Source: Glaucostegus cemiculus (Eukaryota). Taken from it: a stretch of DNA of 64,000 nt. The stretch covers positions 1,922,001 to 1,986,000 of the forward strand of contig CDPCPM010000418.1 of NCBI GenBank assembly GCA_976551045.1. Reading direction: 5' to 3'. The notes beneath the pieces were generated by a model that saw only the letters and a program-made list of their open reading frames with translations, had not been told where the DNA came from and ran no database searches. The position numbers and the translations under genes were made by a program. Of this stretch, positions 1 through 13,699 are shown piece by piece (position 1 is the stretch's first letter; each line of letters starts with the position of its first letter).

Positions 1-2238
1 ATGCAGAGGTGTCAAACTCTTCCTATTCATGGGCCAAAGTCTACCAATTGCTGACATCCAAAACCAAAGATCAGAGGCTCAATGTGGTTCAGTAAAACAC
101 CAGGCATTGCTTTAATCTTAATAGCCATTGGGGATTTAACATGTTAGAAAAGAGATTCAGAATCACCAGATAAAATGCAATACAAAAATTGCAAGAATAA
201 AACCAAAACCAGGCTGTACTCAATAGGAAATGTTGAACACGCTGAGAATCCAACAAAAAAACTCTCAATCCATTATCTGAGTCAACAGGTGGATGCATGA
301 ATGATAAATGCACTCTTTCCTATGGAACTAGACTGAGCACCAAGGTTCTGATGATGAGGGGAACTAAGGGACTGCATTCCTGCCCCTCGTGGTCCATCAG
401 TAGTGCTGAAAAGCTATCTATCTTTGCTTCAAAGTCATCCAAGCCACCCTAAAGGTGCTAGATTTTCAAAGGTCTGGGAAACGCAGCCTACCAACCTAAG
501 AAGCAAATTAACTCAGAGGATGTCAGCCTCTTTAAAAATTTTTAAATCAGTAATTCTGTCACTCCAATCTAATCACAGTCTTTGGTTGGTGATGGATTTG
601 AAATTCTTAAAATGTTGACAATATATGGGTTGGATCTGAAACCAACCCATCCATCTTTAGAGGTTAACTTTTACCTGGCTAGTTCCAATGAGAGAGAAGT
701 GTTTCCACAAACTGGTGGAATGTACAATACAATCTGACAAAAATAATTATACTTGCAGAATAATTTCATTGCAAATTACACTATTTCCACATATCCAATA
801 CTGATCATTTAATTAGGGTGACAGTATATAATTTTATGATAAGAATCATAGGATAATTGATGTGATTAATGACATACATTTCCGCTGCCAGTCATAACAC
901 CACCCACCTCCTCCCCGGTGACATTAGTTTTTTTTAAAAATAAGACATCACAAGGATAGTTTCATTTTCATTCCCATAAAGCAGCCAAAATTACAGAAGC
1001 AAGCAAAAGCGAATCAAGCACTTTTAAAGCAAAATTTTATTCAATAACTACAGGAACAAGTATTTAACAAAAATGCAAAAGTTGATTTTCTGTAATGTCC
1101 ATGGTCTGGAATGTGATGGTGATGCTTAGTTACCAAGGATGATGCTGTTTAACACCCATCCAAGAAGACTAACAGACTAATTCTTTGGAGTTTTCCAGCA
1201 GGCAGGTGATGAGGTCAACAGGGTCTGATTGTCCAGGAAAGTTTCTGTGATTGCCAGTTGCTTCTAGATTCCCCAGCTACTGGGGTCCTAGTCTTGTGGG
1301 TGAGGGGCGATGGAATGGGGTAACTCAACAAGGAGTGGGCTGTCTGTATCTTTATGAATACTTTGAAAACACGTTTGAAGCATAATGCTGTAACTGATGG
1401 ATAAGCCCCAGTCATAAGACTATTACTGTTAATGGTACTTTGCAATATGAAGTTTATATCAACAGAGTAGACAGCAACATGTGCAGAAAAAATTATTATA
1501 GGCAGTTAAGATGACACACAGGAAAGTCTTCCAGTACACTAAGAGATGGATTATTTTGTCATCTAACACCAATGAACCATTGATTAAGGCGTGAATTCTG
1601 CTGGCTGAAATTCAATCTAAGGCCAAATGAAATCCCACCTTTCTTTTACAGATTCTGCAACTGAATGCAAATAGTTCCTAGCGTGAATAACCTTGTAAGG
1701 TATTTTAAAGTGAAGAGTAAATCTAATTGCTCTCCTCATGAAACTATTTAAGCAATATTTGAATTTGGAGAAGTAAAAACATCACAAAGAAAGTCAAAGC
1801 TGTGGCCAATAATGAACGCTGAAGGAATAACATACTCAATTTTGTAATAGTAAATGCTTTATAATTATAATGCACAGCATTTGAAGAAAGGCCTCTCCAG
1901 AGCAGCCCAGTTTCAAAATGCTTCACCAGTTGCAAAACCAGATTGGTGAAGATTCCATATTCCACCTATCTAACAGTACGAGTAATGAATGTACAATGGG
2001 CAAAATACATGCACACAAACTAGTTTCAAAAATGAATTGCAAAGTGGTGCAAGTTAATAATGCAAGCAGGTCAGCTGGTTTACGCCACAAGAAAGCTGGT
2101 ATGTCGCTGTTGCCATAAAGATAGCACTATTTCAGAAAGGATTCATTAAATGGCGGAGAAACAACATCAGTGATTCCCACGATGGCTATCCCCGCACCTG
2201 TGGTTATAATCTACCATAAACCTGCACTAGAAACTCAC

Positions 2239-2368
2239 CTTGCTGTCATAATATTTCTCTCGTTTGTCTGTGAGGACAGATCGAATGACATTACCCGAAT
2301 ATTCGATGACCATCTCACCTGCATCAATGTTTCGCTTACAGAAAAGGCCCCGTCCATGGATTGGTGAC
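2239..2368 (-). CDS. KMT2A: KMT2A exon ~35 (130 nt), SET domain
   Basis: ctgtag|G...AAG|gtgagt; SPIHGRGLFCKRNIDAGEMVIEYSGNVIRSVLTDKREKYYDSK; the final exon was not found in the window. Confidence 0.96.
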
Positions 2369-5300
2369 CTACAGCATTTACAAAGATGGAAAGAGTAGAA
2401 GGAAAAACAAAACAAATATCATTTATTATGAACAAAGTTACGACATCACAACAGCTGTATTCTCAAAATCATGTTGCCTGATAACAGAAAAAAATCATTT
2501 TTCTATTTTATTAATACCATTAACTTGCTTGGATGTGTTATCAATTTTACTGAAACTCTTTTTCAGTTCCAAATAATTTGCAACACAACTGCATGGTTTC
2601 ATTCTCCTACCCATTTCCCTTACCCCCCCAAATGCAATCCCCCAACCACTAATCACTGATCCGATTATCTCAAGATCCAAGTGAAACTGTATGAAAATTG
2701 GGGTGTTTCACTGTACTGACTTAAGCATGCTAGATCTTGCTCTCCTCAAGATCACTGGCCTAGAAATAAGTGCTTCAGCAAACATAATTGCATTCCTTTA
2801 CATAAAAAAAAAAGCAAGCATGGAGAACTTTCATTTCATGCTTTGATTGAATGCTAAAGGACTATTTTGAAAGGCTCAAAAAAATCAATAGCACTCTACC
2901 AACTGTAAAACCTCTCACACCATAAGGTTAAGAGAAGAAATGGCTGCGTAGTATAACCGGAAGATAACCATTTACTTCTGAGCACATCTTGAAGGAACCT
3001 TCTCAAACTAGATTTATCCATGGGTTCAAGTACACTTACCTATCAAGCCCAATACCACTCATGTGTCTCAGCTTTAAACATAAAACATTAACAAGCTATT
3101 CAGTTTTTGATTCAACACAGATGACCTCAATCCAGTCTTCAACTGAGATCACACACACTTCCAGCTAGAGTGACCGATCTACTCAAGGACATGGTCACTT
3201 TTTTTCTCTCCTTGGCTCAGTGCCATTGAAGCTATTTGCTTCTCGTGGAGATTACATTTGATGTAGCTCATACAGCACATTCTGCTTCACCTGTCAACAA
3301 AAACTTGTCTCCACAATCAGAGCATCAAATAGTTGTTTCCAGATTTTGTTTTGTATTCTACTCCAATTAATCTCTTGTGACTGACTTTCAAGTTTGCATA
3401 TATTGTTTCTCAATTTCTCTTTTAATAGTTTGAACCTTGTTCTGTCTTGATCTCACAATTTTCCAGACCACCTACTGCCTTGCACGTTCCTCCATAAGAT
3501 CACTTCATTTTCTTTCTTGCAAAGCTGAGAAGTTCAAATTTACTCAATTTTTTTCTCATACCTCTGACATTAAGGGACCAGCCTTGTTGACTGCCTCCAG
3601 TGCTGAATGTCTTCGTGTCATGACCAGAACAGGGAACAACACTCACAGTGTAGTCTGACTAGTGCAGAATAGTTTGAGAAAGATCTCATCCAACTTGTAT
3701 ACTACTGATCTAGTTGAACTATTCAGAAATCTCCTTAACTTTGATAATTGTTGTTCTTATGGGTGGACACATTGAACATCCAGTCAACCAATATCCTCAG
3801 ATTTCTTTCAACTCAACTTAAATTTAACACTAATCATGATGTTTGCACATGTCCCATCTTCCCATTCTACACACAGAATTTTAAATACATCAACATTAAA
3901 TTTCACTTGGTACAAATCATGATATATTTCCTGAGCTGGTTCTTCAGGATCATACACTCTCCTAGTTTGAGGACATGTGCGAAGTTGTTTTAAATCTTTG
4001 AATCCAGAACATTAGTACTCCCTAGAACACATCACTGACATCTCATGCGAATTTTTGCTCTTGTCTACCTACAGTCAAAGCTTTATCTATTCTTGATGTT
4101 AATCTTTAGATCATCAAAGCTCTAACCTTATGTAACTGCCTTTAGTGTGAAACTTCCATGATTTTTGGAAGTTTGAGCCAACCACAGCATAATTCCTACA
4201 AGAATGCACTGTCAAAGTCGGTCAACCAGGCTGACTGGATAGAAACGAAGTCCAACACTTTTTGTTCTTTACTATGTCATTGCCATACTGATGTTCCTGA
4301 TTTTCAATTTCATTATTTTAAATGGCATTAAAGAAAGAACAAGAGGTCAATCAGCAGCTCTCTGATGAAAAGTCACTGTTCTGAGATGTTAACTCACTCT
4401 TTCCATCGAATCTGTCTGTCTTGTGGAATTTTTCTGATATTTTCTGCTTATGTTTCAGATTTCCTGCATCCACAAATTTTTTTTATACCCTTGGATCCTA
4501 TTTTTGAGCACTTATCTTTTGATTTGCAGGTCAGTTACATCAGCAATTGATTGAAGTGAATTCTGTTCATTACTTTCTTAGTATACTGTATGTACAAGGA
4601 GGGATATTACATCGAACAGTACAGCACAGGAGCCGGTCCTTTGGCCAACAAAGTTGTACTGAACTAATTACATTAGTAATTAAGTGCCTCCTGGGTGAGC
4701 ATCCCATATGGGAACCTTGACAAATGCCTTACTAAAATCCACATAGACAACATCCACAGCTCTATCTTCATCAATCACTTTCATCATCTCCTCGAAAAAC
4801 TTACTCAGGTTAATAAGACATGACATGCCCTACACAAAGCCATGCTGATGGTCCTAATTAGGCCAGGGTTTTCCAAATGCTCATAAACTCTATCCACAAG
4901 AAGCTCTCAATAGCTTCCCTACCACTGACATGAGACTCACCGGTCTATAGTTTCCAGGATTATCCCTATTTCCCTTCTTGAATAATGGAACAACATTATT
5001 CTATATTTCTCAAAGCATGGCTGCAATTATTGTACTTTTATTGTACTTTTAGCTTCTTAGACTGTTCCCCTACAATTAAATACTGAGAGAATATTCTGTT
5101 GTTTTCTTTTATAAATGCAAGTATGATTTTATTTCTGTTGTCCACCAGCCCCACTAACCACCTTTTTAATATGATGTTGCATGTCCATGATTTTATAATA
5201 AAAGCTTCACCATTTCTCCACATGGTATTGCCTTTGAACTACATTAAGTAAAGCTTGCATTTATCACTTAGCCCTTAATTTACTATGAATGCCTGACCCT

Positions 5301-8300
5301 TGTATTTCAATACCAGCTCATCTGATTCAATGTATTCATTTTGTCAAAATCTGCCAATTCAGTGCAGATGGGGCCAAGTATCTGAAACTTCTTTCATCTC
5401 TACATACTGATTGATCAGAGAAGCCTCTTTCCTGGCTTTGGATTATTATGGAAGTTAGCACTCTCTGAAATAGAGACCTTTGGGTGGCTCAGGACAGAAA
5501 CTTATTCCACAATAACTGCAGGTAACCTCTGAATGGAGTGAAAATGATGGATTTTGTTGTCTTTCACATAGGTTCTTTTCTATATTCCTATATCTTGTGT
5601 CTTTGATGGGGACTTCTACATTTAATAACCTTGCCCTATTTTCCTCTTCTAATCAGAGTTTAAACACAGCCAGAAGATGGGATACAAATCTATGCTAACT
5701 GTTAAGGAAGTCTAACTGAGTCATCAACTTTAGTAATCTCCAGTCATATCCTAGTAAATGCTGACAGATCAAAGTGGCCAACCAAAGGAAGATCCTTCAA
5801 TGGTTAATCAAATAAATATACATCTGGAAAGATGACATCAAGATTTAATGTATAGAACTGACAATAAGTAAAAAAAAAATCTGTAGGTAGACAATACTGC
5901 CCACGTAATGATTGATTCTACATACCCCATCAATTGGTAACTTGTATTATTGTCGCATGTACCAAGATACAATGAAAAGCTTTTGCTTGCATGCCATTCA
6001 GACAGATCATTCCATAGATACCCATCAAAATATACTCATGCAGCGCTGATCACTGTGCAGTGCTTAAAATGCAACATGTTATTTGGCCAACTGAATTTAT
6101 TCTAAAATTCTGTTAGTCATGGCAGCTTTTAAGCTTTTCACAGAATTTGTAGATAGAGGCTATGGCCTCCCAAGTTGTAGTTCTGCATGGAATGAAATCC
6201 TTTTAGCGATAATAAGTAAGTTGTTGCCTAGAGTTTGAAAGTTTTGTTGAAAGTTTGACTAAGAAAATATTGCATAATATTGGTTTTCTTCTTGTGGCAT
6301 ACTTCAACATGACCTCCTTCTTGCATGGTGAATTGGGATCAAGGATAACTTTATTCAGCATGATAGTAACCCAGATACACAGCAATTTAAAATACTGTGG
6401 AAAGTAACATTAATACAGCCAATAATCATCAGCTTATTAATGGCTTAAAGTTCCACCATAAACTAGGAGCATTATGCAGAAATATATTTTGCCCTTACCG
6501 GTAGACACCAACTGCCTCCTTGGATGTCTTTTTCAAGTGCCGGAATCGCATGGCCATAGGAAGGTCCATGCTGGTTGCCCGTCTACAAGTTCAAAGAAAG
6601 AGATGGCACTTGGTTCATATAATGTACAACATTCCAAAAAAAATTGTATTTATTTCTTGGGGAAAAATTAAACAGAAGTTGTGATTGCCTTAATTTACTA
6701 CCCACTTCAAATGTACAACTTGCCCTACAATTTAGTTTCTGAAACCCCATGAAATAATATACATCTTATTTTAAATACACACCCAACTTATGACATAAAC
6801 AAATTATGGGGAACATTTTCTGACTAGCATATTTTAGGTACATGTTAACGACAAACTTTATTCATACCTGCCTTAAGATTAACTGAAGAATTAATGCCAA
6901 CGTTTCCAGCAAAAATATACCCATTCATGTTAAAAGACACTTTGCTTCATGTGAAAAAATTAGCTGTTTAAGGTACTTATGCAAGTGACTTTGCATGGCT
7001 CATCATTATGCTAACTGCCACAAGCTTACAATGATAACCTTTGCTGTATGACCTGCTTATTGAATAAACAGTCTGAGGCAGTGCAAATGAGATGCAAACT
7101 ATATCAATTTACCATCCAAACAAATAACTTGCTTTTAGTTATTGCTGACCCCATGTGAATAAATCACAGTTCTATTGTTCTTTGACAAACGTCCTATTTT
7201 GAAATCTTAAAAAAAATCCCTTAAGAATATTTAATACCAAAATATGAGTTTATCAGTTAGATGCTGATAGACCTGACAGTTGCCTGTCTGCAATCATATT
7301 TTACCTTACACAAAGGTCAAACTTGAAAAGGCAACTATTTATTCCCCCAAAGATGCCACCCAACTTACTAAGTATTTCTAATATTCTGCATTTTATTTTA
7401 TACCTTCCCTATCTGTGAAGAATACATAGTACCCATTATATTTTTATACACAAATGTGTATGTTTTACAATCCATTACTTGAACCCACCGTGCTGATTTA
7501 AGTTGCACCTCCTCTTCTTCCTCCTCATTGGGACAATAATCTGGTGGCTGCCGGTGTTTAGAAGCCAAGAAATTGAACATGTCAAATGCTGACTTCCTGT
7601 GCAAATAAAACAAAGCAATGTGTGAATCGCTTTGAGGCAATTTCAACACAACTTTTCCCTTCTTTGGCCAAACACAGGTGATGCTTCTGTTGTTTTAACT
7701 GCTAAAGAGATGCATGGGGGTTGGGTGGAGTCAAAATAAGACCTCAAACCAAAATTGCAAAACACATTTAATATAAGACTCTATGACAGAGTTAAAGTTA
7801 ACACTTTGATGGCCACCTGGAGAATCACAAAGTGACTGCTGCTTAATTGGGTTTTGTCGTTGTAGGACTGCAGTGGCATTTTGGTAGCTGGCATTTGAAC
7901 TAATACTGTCTCACAATAGCTGACTGGGGATTTGTAAGTTGTTACTGAGCAGTACTTTAAGGTGTTTTACTGAATACTGTTGTTTCTACTCCAGGTTTGA
8001 ACACATTGTGGAGACTTTCTGGGACACTTTTCAAGACTTCACCAAAACTTTCCACATTTATTAAAAAATCCTTGATTCATACTTATATTTGTTTCATACT
8101 TGATCTTTTAGGAGTCACCAGGAAAAAGGAAATGCTTGGCTATCTGGATCCTGAGGGACTAAAGAGAGAATAGAGGATGTATAATAACATCTGCTGCTGC
8201 ACTAGAGGGAACAGGAGATGGAAATGGACCCCCTCCCCACTGCGTGCATTAGGGTTCTCCACAAACCCCATCCCTCTGGAGTTCTTCCACCAGGACCTAT

Positions 8301-11300
8301 GCACTTCTTCACTCATACAAGCGAGCCTGAATCATGGATGAAATTCAGCCAGCATATTTCATACTTGCAGTGGATGTGCAGAGCCCACATACATAAAACT
8401 TAATAAAAACAGCATCTAATCAATCCTCAAGTCCTACATTCATCGAAGTTCAGAACCTGCAGGCAAATTCAAACAATGCTAACTGGCAATTTCTGGTGCT
8501 GAAATCAGCACAAATTTTCACATTTATACAAAAAAAACAGGCATTCCAAAATACAGTTTATGGATCATTTAGTGATACTATTGACTTCAGGAAAGGGGGC
8601 AGTGTACATGCACCTGTCTACATCAATGGTGCTGAGGTTGCGAGGGTTGAGAGCTTCAAGTTCCTAGGAGTGAACATCACCAATAGCCTGTCCTGGTCAA
8701 ATCACATAGATACCACTGCCAAGAAAGCTCACCAGTACCCCTACTTCCTCAGGAGGCTAAAGAAATTCGATATGTCCCCTTTGATACTCACCAACTTTTA
8801 TCGATGCACCATAGGAAGCATCCTATCTGGATGCATCACAGCTTGGTATGACTACTGCTCTGCCCAAGACCACAAGCAACTGTAGAGTTGTAGACAGAGC
8901 CCAGCACATCATGGAAACCAGCGTCCCCTCCTTGGACTCTGTCTTTACCTCTCGTTGCCTTGGTGAAGCAGCCAGCAATCAAAGACCCCACCCACCTAGA
9001 CCATTTTCTCTTCTCTCCTCTCCCATCAGGCAGAAGGTAGAGGAGCCTGAGGGCACATACCACCAGGCTCAAAGGACAGCTTTAATCCCACTGTGATAAG
9101 ACAACAGAACAGTTCCCTTATACAATATGGACTCTGACCTCACAATCTACCTTGTGTGATCTTGCACCTTATTGTCTACCTGCACTGCGCTTCCTCTGTA
9201 GCTGTGACACTTTACTCTGTACTGTTATTGTTTTTACCTGTACTACCTCAATGCACTCTGTACTAATGCAATGTAACTGCACTGCGGAATGAATTGACCT
9301 GTACAATCAGTATGCAAGACAAGTTTTTCCACTGTACCTCGGTACTTGACAATAATAAATCAATACCAATACCAAATAGTTACATGATGAAGCATGAATT
9401 CTCAGCATTGAAATTAATAGCAATCATTCCCCTGCTGCAGTCCTCAAAACAATAATCCTTCTACCTACTAGTGAAAAGGTGCACGGATTCTCAAAAGCAG
9501 GTCCTGACGAAGAGCTTCAGAGGGATGGGGTTGGTGGTGAATATTTATACACGCAGTGGGGAGGGTGTCCACTGCTATCTCCTGTCTTGGACAGGATACA
9601 AACCCAGGACTGACATCATCTGGTCCTCACTGTACCCCAACTCACACTTTTCAACCTTGGTGATTAATTTTATATATATTTCTTATACTTAGAACAAAAT
9701 TCAGGTTCAGGCTATTGATGCCATGAGTTTTCTTCTTTTGCCAACAAAAAAAAACGAGAACTAAAAGGGTGGGAAGCAAACAACTCTTGAAAATGCATCA
9801 AGTATATTTTAGTAAAATCTTTGTCACCAACATACTACATCTAATGCCTTGACACTCCAATGCAATGTGTAGTAATGTTGTTATCTGTGATAAGCCCATT
9901 GCAACAGAATATAAGCTTCTGTCTTAGGTTTACCTTTGGTGTATCTCAGCTCTTGCTGAACCATGTGGATTGATAGGAAGCTCATCTACTTCTTGGTGTT
10001 TATGGAACTTGAAGCTGTAATTCTTGCAACGCTTTGCTCCGTAAAGTTGTTCAATTAGGAACACCACTGCATCGTGGGAAATGCCCAGCATTTTCAGGCC
10101 ATTTATCCCTGCAAATGGAAAAGCAAAAGCATAAACTAATGCATGCTTATAACCAACCTATGATCTCAAAGTTCTGGATTTGCCATCAGAGAACATTAGT
10201 CTCGATTAGTCTAAACAATCTATCCATTCCTATCATGTCAATTCCACTGAAATGAGAGAAGGTCAACAGAAAGCATTCTCGAATTATGATTGTAGAAAGC
10301 TTCTGATCAATAACAGAAGATTAGGGGGTGATTTGGTAAGCTTTCACACACAATCGAGATGATAGTGTAGGTGGAGAGAAAATAATTTTTTTCTGGTGAG
10401 AGACCAGAAATAAAGAGGCATAACCTCATATACAGCTTGGCCTTCAATGAGTCACATCCGGAAACATTTCTGCACATAACTACAAATAAAAAAACCTCTC
10501 CTTAAAAAAGCTATCAGGACTGGGTTAGGAGAGGGGGGCAGTAGGGGAATGGGGAGCAGAAGGTTGAAAATGTCAAAATTGAGGTTAACGTAACAGAACC
10601 ACAGTAAGAAGGTGGGATTCACATTATCGGTAGATCAGTAGCGATCAAACAGAATGCTGGAAAAAGCTCAAGGAACTGAATGACCTATCCCTCTGTCTAA
10701 GATAAGCAAAGAACATTAGCAGAAGGAACAGGTGACCCTCAAAATTATCCTATCACCAAAGCAACATCATGCACATAGCTGGATGTTGAACATGGAAGAG
10801 TCAAAACACAATTGAAAAAGGAAACTGAGATTTAAAATGGGAACAGTAAATGCAATCTGTGCAAAAAATTCACACCAGAAACACCATGAATAGCATTAAA
10901 GCCTGAAGAACAAGCTTTTACAAATTAGCATATTAGAACACTGTACTTTAAAATCCTAGTGTTCACTTATTTTGCCAATTAATGGATGAGCATTATAGCT
11001 CCTGGAGCCTTTGACATTAGGAAACTGCGTGATGCAAACTGACTGTCCTCCCTCCTTAAAGCACGGCTCCATCTACAAAACAAATGTACCAAGAACCTAT
11101 CACATCAGGCAGTCAAAGTCATGGTAGATAGGATAACATTTGATAAGAATTAGAATGCATTTGTTAATTTTTCTGCTGTGGGATAGATTCGCCTGTGTCC
11201 AGGTGTAAAACATTTGTTTTTTTTTAAATCAGCCACCTGGAAGATGGAATTCCCTTTGCAGTAAATACTCCTTACCAGAAAACGATATGTGCTTCAGACG

Positions 11301-13655
11301 GGCATTGGATCGAGCTTCCTGTACTTTGTCTGTTAACACCTTCCACCCCTCTACAAAAAAAAGTGTTTACAACAATCAGAAGCAAAACAAATTGGCCCAA
11401 TTTATTTTTTTCCATTATTGCCACAAAATTCAGCTTCTTATTAGTTAGGCAGATCCGTAATTCCAGTTGTTAGGCTACAGCAGACTTAATCATATTCGTG
11501 TTTGGACTATGTCCTTCCCCAAACTGGAAACCCAGAAGTAGTGCCATACACTGTCAATGTTGAAAAGGATAAAAGACAACATGCATTTACATTGTGATTT
11601 TCATATCTCAAGATGTTTTAATGTATCCTATAGTCTATGTACTCTTTTGAAGAATACCATAGATAAAATCAGCAATCAATGGGCAGAAAGCAACATCTCA
11701 GCAATACTTATCACCAGATAATTGGTTAGAGGATGCAGGTTGAGGTTGAATTAAAATGGGAGAATTCACCTCCTCTGTGTCAAATACTGCTACAGGATAT
11801 TTTGCCTCTACCTACAAAGGAACCTGTAGGTCTTTCAATATTTTATCCAAAATGAAAAAGGTTCATTATTCAATAAACCTTCCTCAATAATGCATGAAAT
11901 TTTGTGGCCAAGTCAAAGTACTGTGATTCGAATCCACAATCACCCTACGTGGACCAGAGTACAATCAATGGAACTGTGGATGACACATTGGGATCGCATA
12001 AAATAAGATAATTCCATGATGCATTTTGATTTTTCAGGGAATAGAGTCCAAAGAACTGCATGTGCTCCAGTGTACTGTGGTATGTGCACTGAGGATTGAC
12101 CCTGGTCGAAAACCTTGTCCAGCAATTTCAAATCTCTATTGTACTGCCATAACATCTATTTCACTAGTGTTGAATATTGCCTCTCTTAAATGGTTTGTAA
12201 ATTACTTTTCAGTTTAAGCTTTTATTATTAAGCTTCAAAATCAAGTAAGTATCAAAATAAAAAGTCATGCAATAATTGTGATCAGGACTACCGGATATTT
12301 AGTCCCAGATAGTTTCTAACGTCAGTGTGGACCAATTATGAAGAGGTACTTGGAAATAAAATGATTTCTCTGTCAACCCTTAGTGGCCCAAATGCAATCA
12401 TATTGTTAATCAGTTTGTTTCTAAGGAGATGGAAATATTCTCTGCATCAAACTCCTAGGATCAAAGCCCTCATTCCACATGAGCATGGTCAGCAAATTAA
12501 ATCTACCTTCAATGTTATCACACTGGATCTGAAACCCATCATCGCTTGTGATTTGAAATAGCAGGCCTTTTTTCGATTTCTTCTCACTCCTGATCTCTCT
12601 TCTCTTTTCCTCTTGCTCAAGCAGAGCAAGTAGTGGAGAAGTGAAGGTGTCATCATCATCTGAACTTTTAGATTCTAAGGGGAAAAGAACGAAGATTATC
12701 AATAAGAATTTTATTTCTGGCTTTCACATACCAGAGCTAGGTGTGAGCAAGTCCCAAGACTAAAATTTGCTAATATGGCTGGAAGGGTTAAAAGAACCTG
12801 CTAAAAAAAAAACCCTCACTAAATAGTACAGCAAGCTTTTCCATGCACAATATAACATGATCATGAGTGCAACACTGGTTGTGTCTACTTCTAAAATGCT
12901 TTGGAGGGTTCTCTCTTATGATCTTAGCTAGCAGTGCCTATTAGCAAGCATCCCTCCATACCCAGGATCATCCTGGTGAATCTTCTTAGAACTGACACCA
13001 ATTAAATAATATCCTTCCTTAAATAAGGGGATCTAAATTGTTCACAGTACTCCAGATATGGTCACATTTATGCATTGCGGAGTTGCAATGAAACTTCCTA
13101 TCTTAATGCTCCAACCCTCTTGAATGAGAGCCTACTTTTCATTATCCTTCCCTACTATCTGCTGCCCTTGTGCAATAGCTCTGTTTCTCTATGAAATGCA
13201 AGTCAGAAGTGTAGGAAATGCTCAGCAGGTCAGGTGGTGTTAGTGAAGAGAGAAAAACCAAGTTATTACAAATGGATTGCTTAAAGAGTGGGCCAGCTCG
13301 GATACAAGCAGATAGTGCATCACCCAAAATTCAACAATTCCCTGCAATTTTTTTGATTTTCATTAACTTGCCTTATTTTACTCTCTCTGTACTTTATCAT
13401 CTGGGGGCTTTAGATTTGTCTCTCTAGCTTTCTGGGAACATTTACAATGAACCCGTTGAATTTCCTCATCTAATGCCTACAACTGCTCTAAAACTGACTA
13501 AAGTAGTTGTTTCTAGCCTACTTTTACTAAAATATTTCTCACTCTAGTAAAATTGGTCCACCCCAATTTAGAATTTTAAAAACTTCTTCTTAATTAATTT
13601 AGAAAACCTATGTCCTCCACACCTTTTATTCTGACTGTATCTCAGTTAACTTTAA

Positions 13656-13699
<44 letters not shown>

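Noticed and set aside
1-2238. Final SET/post-SET exon (GIGCYMF...NHSC) and 3' UTR
   Set aside because: Not found; the region is interpreted as the last intron
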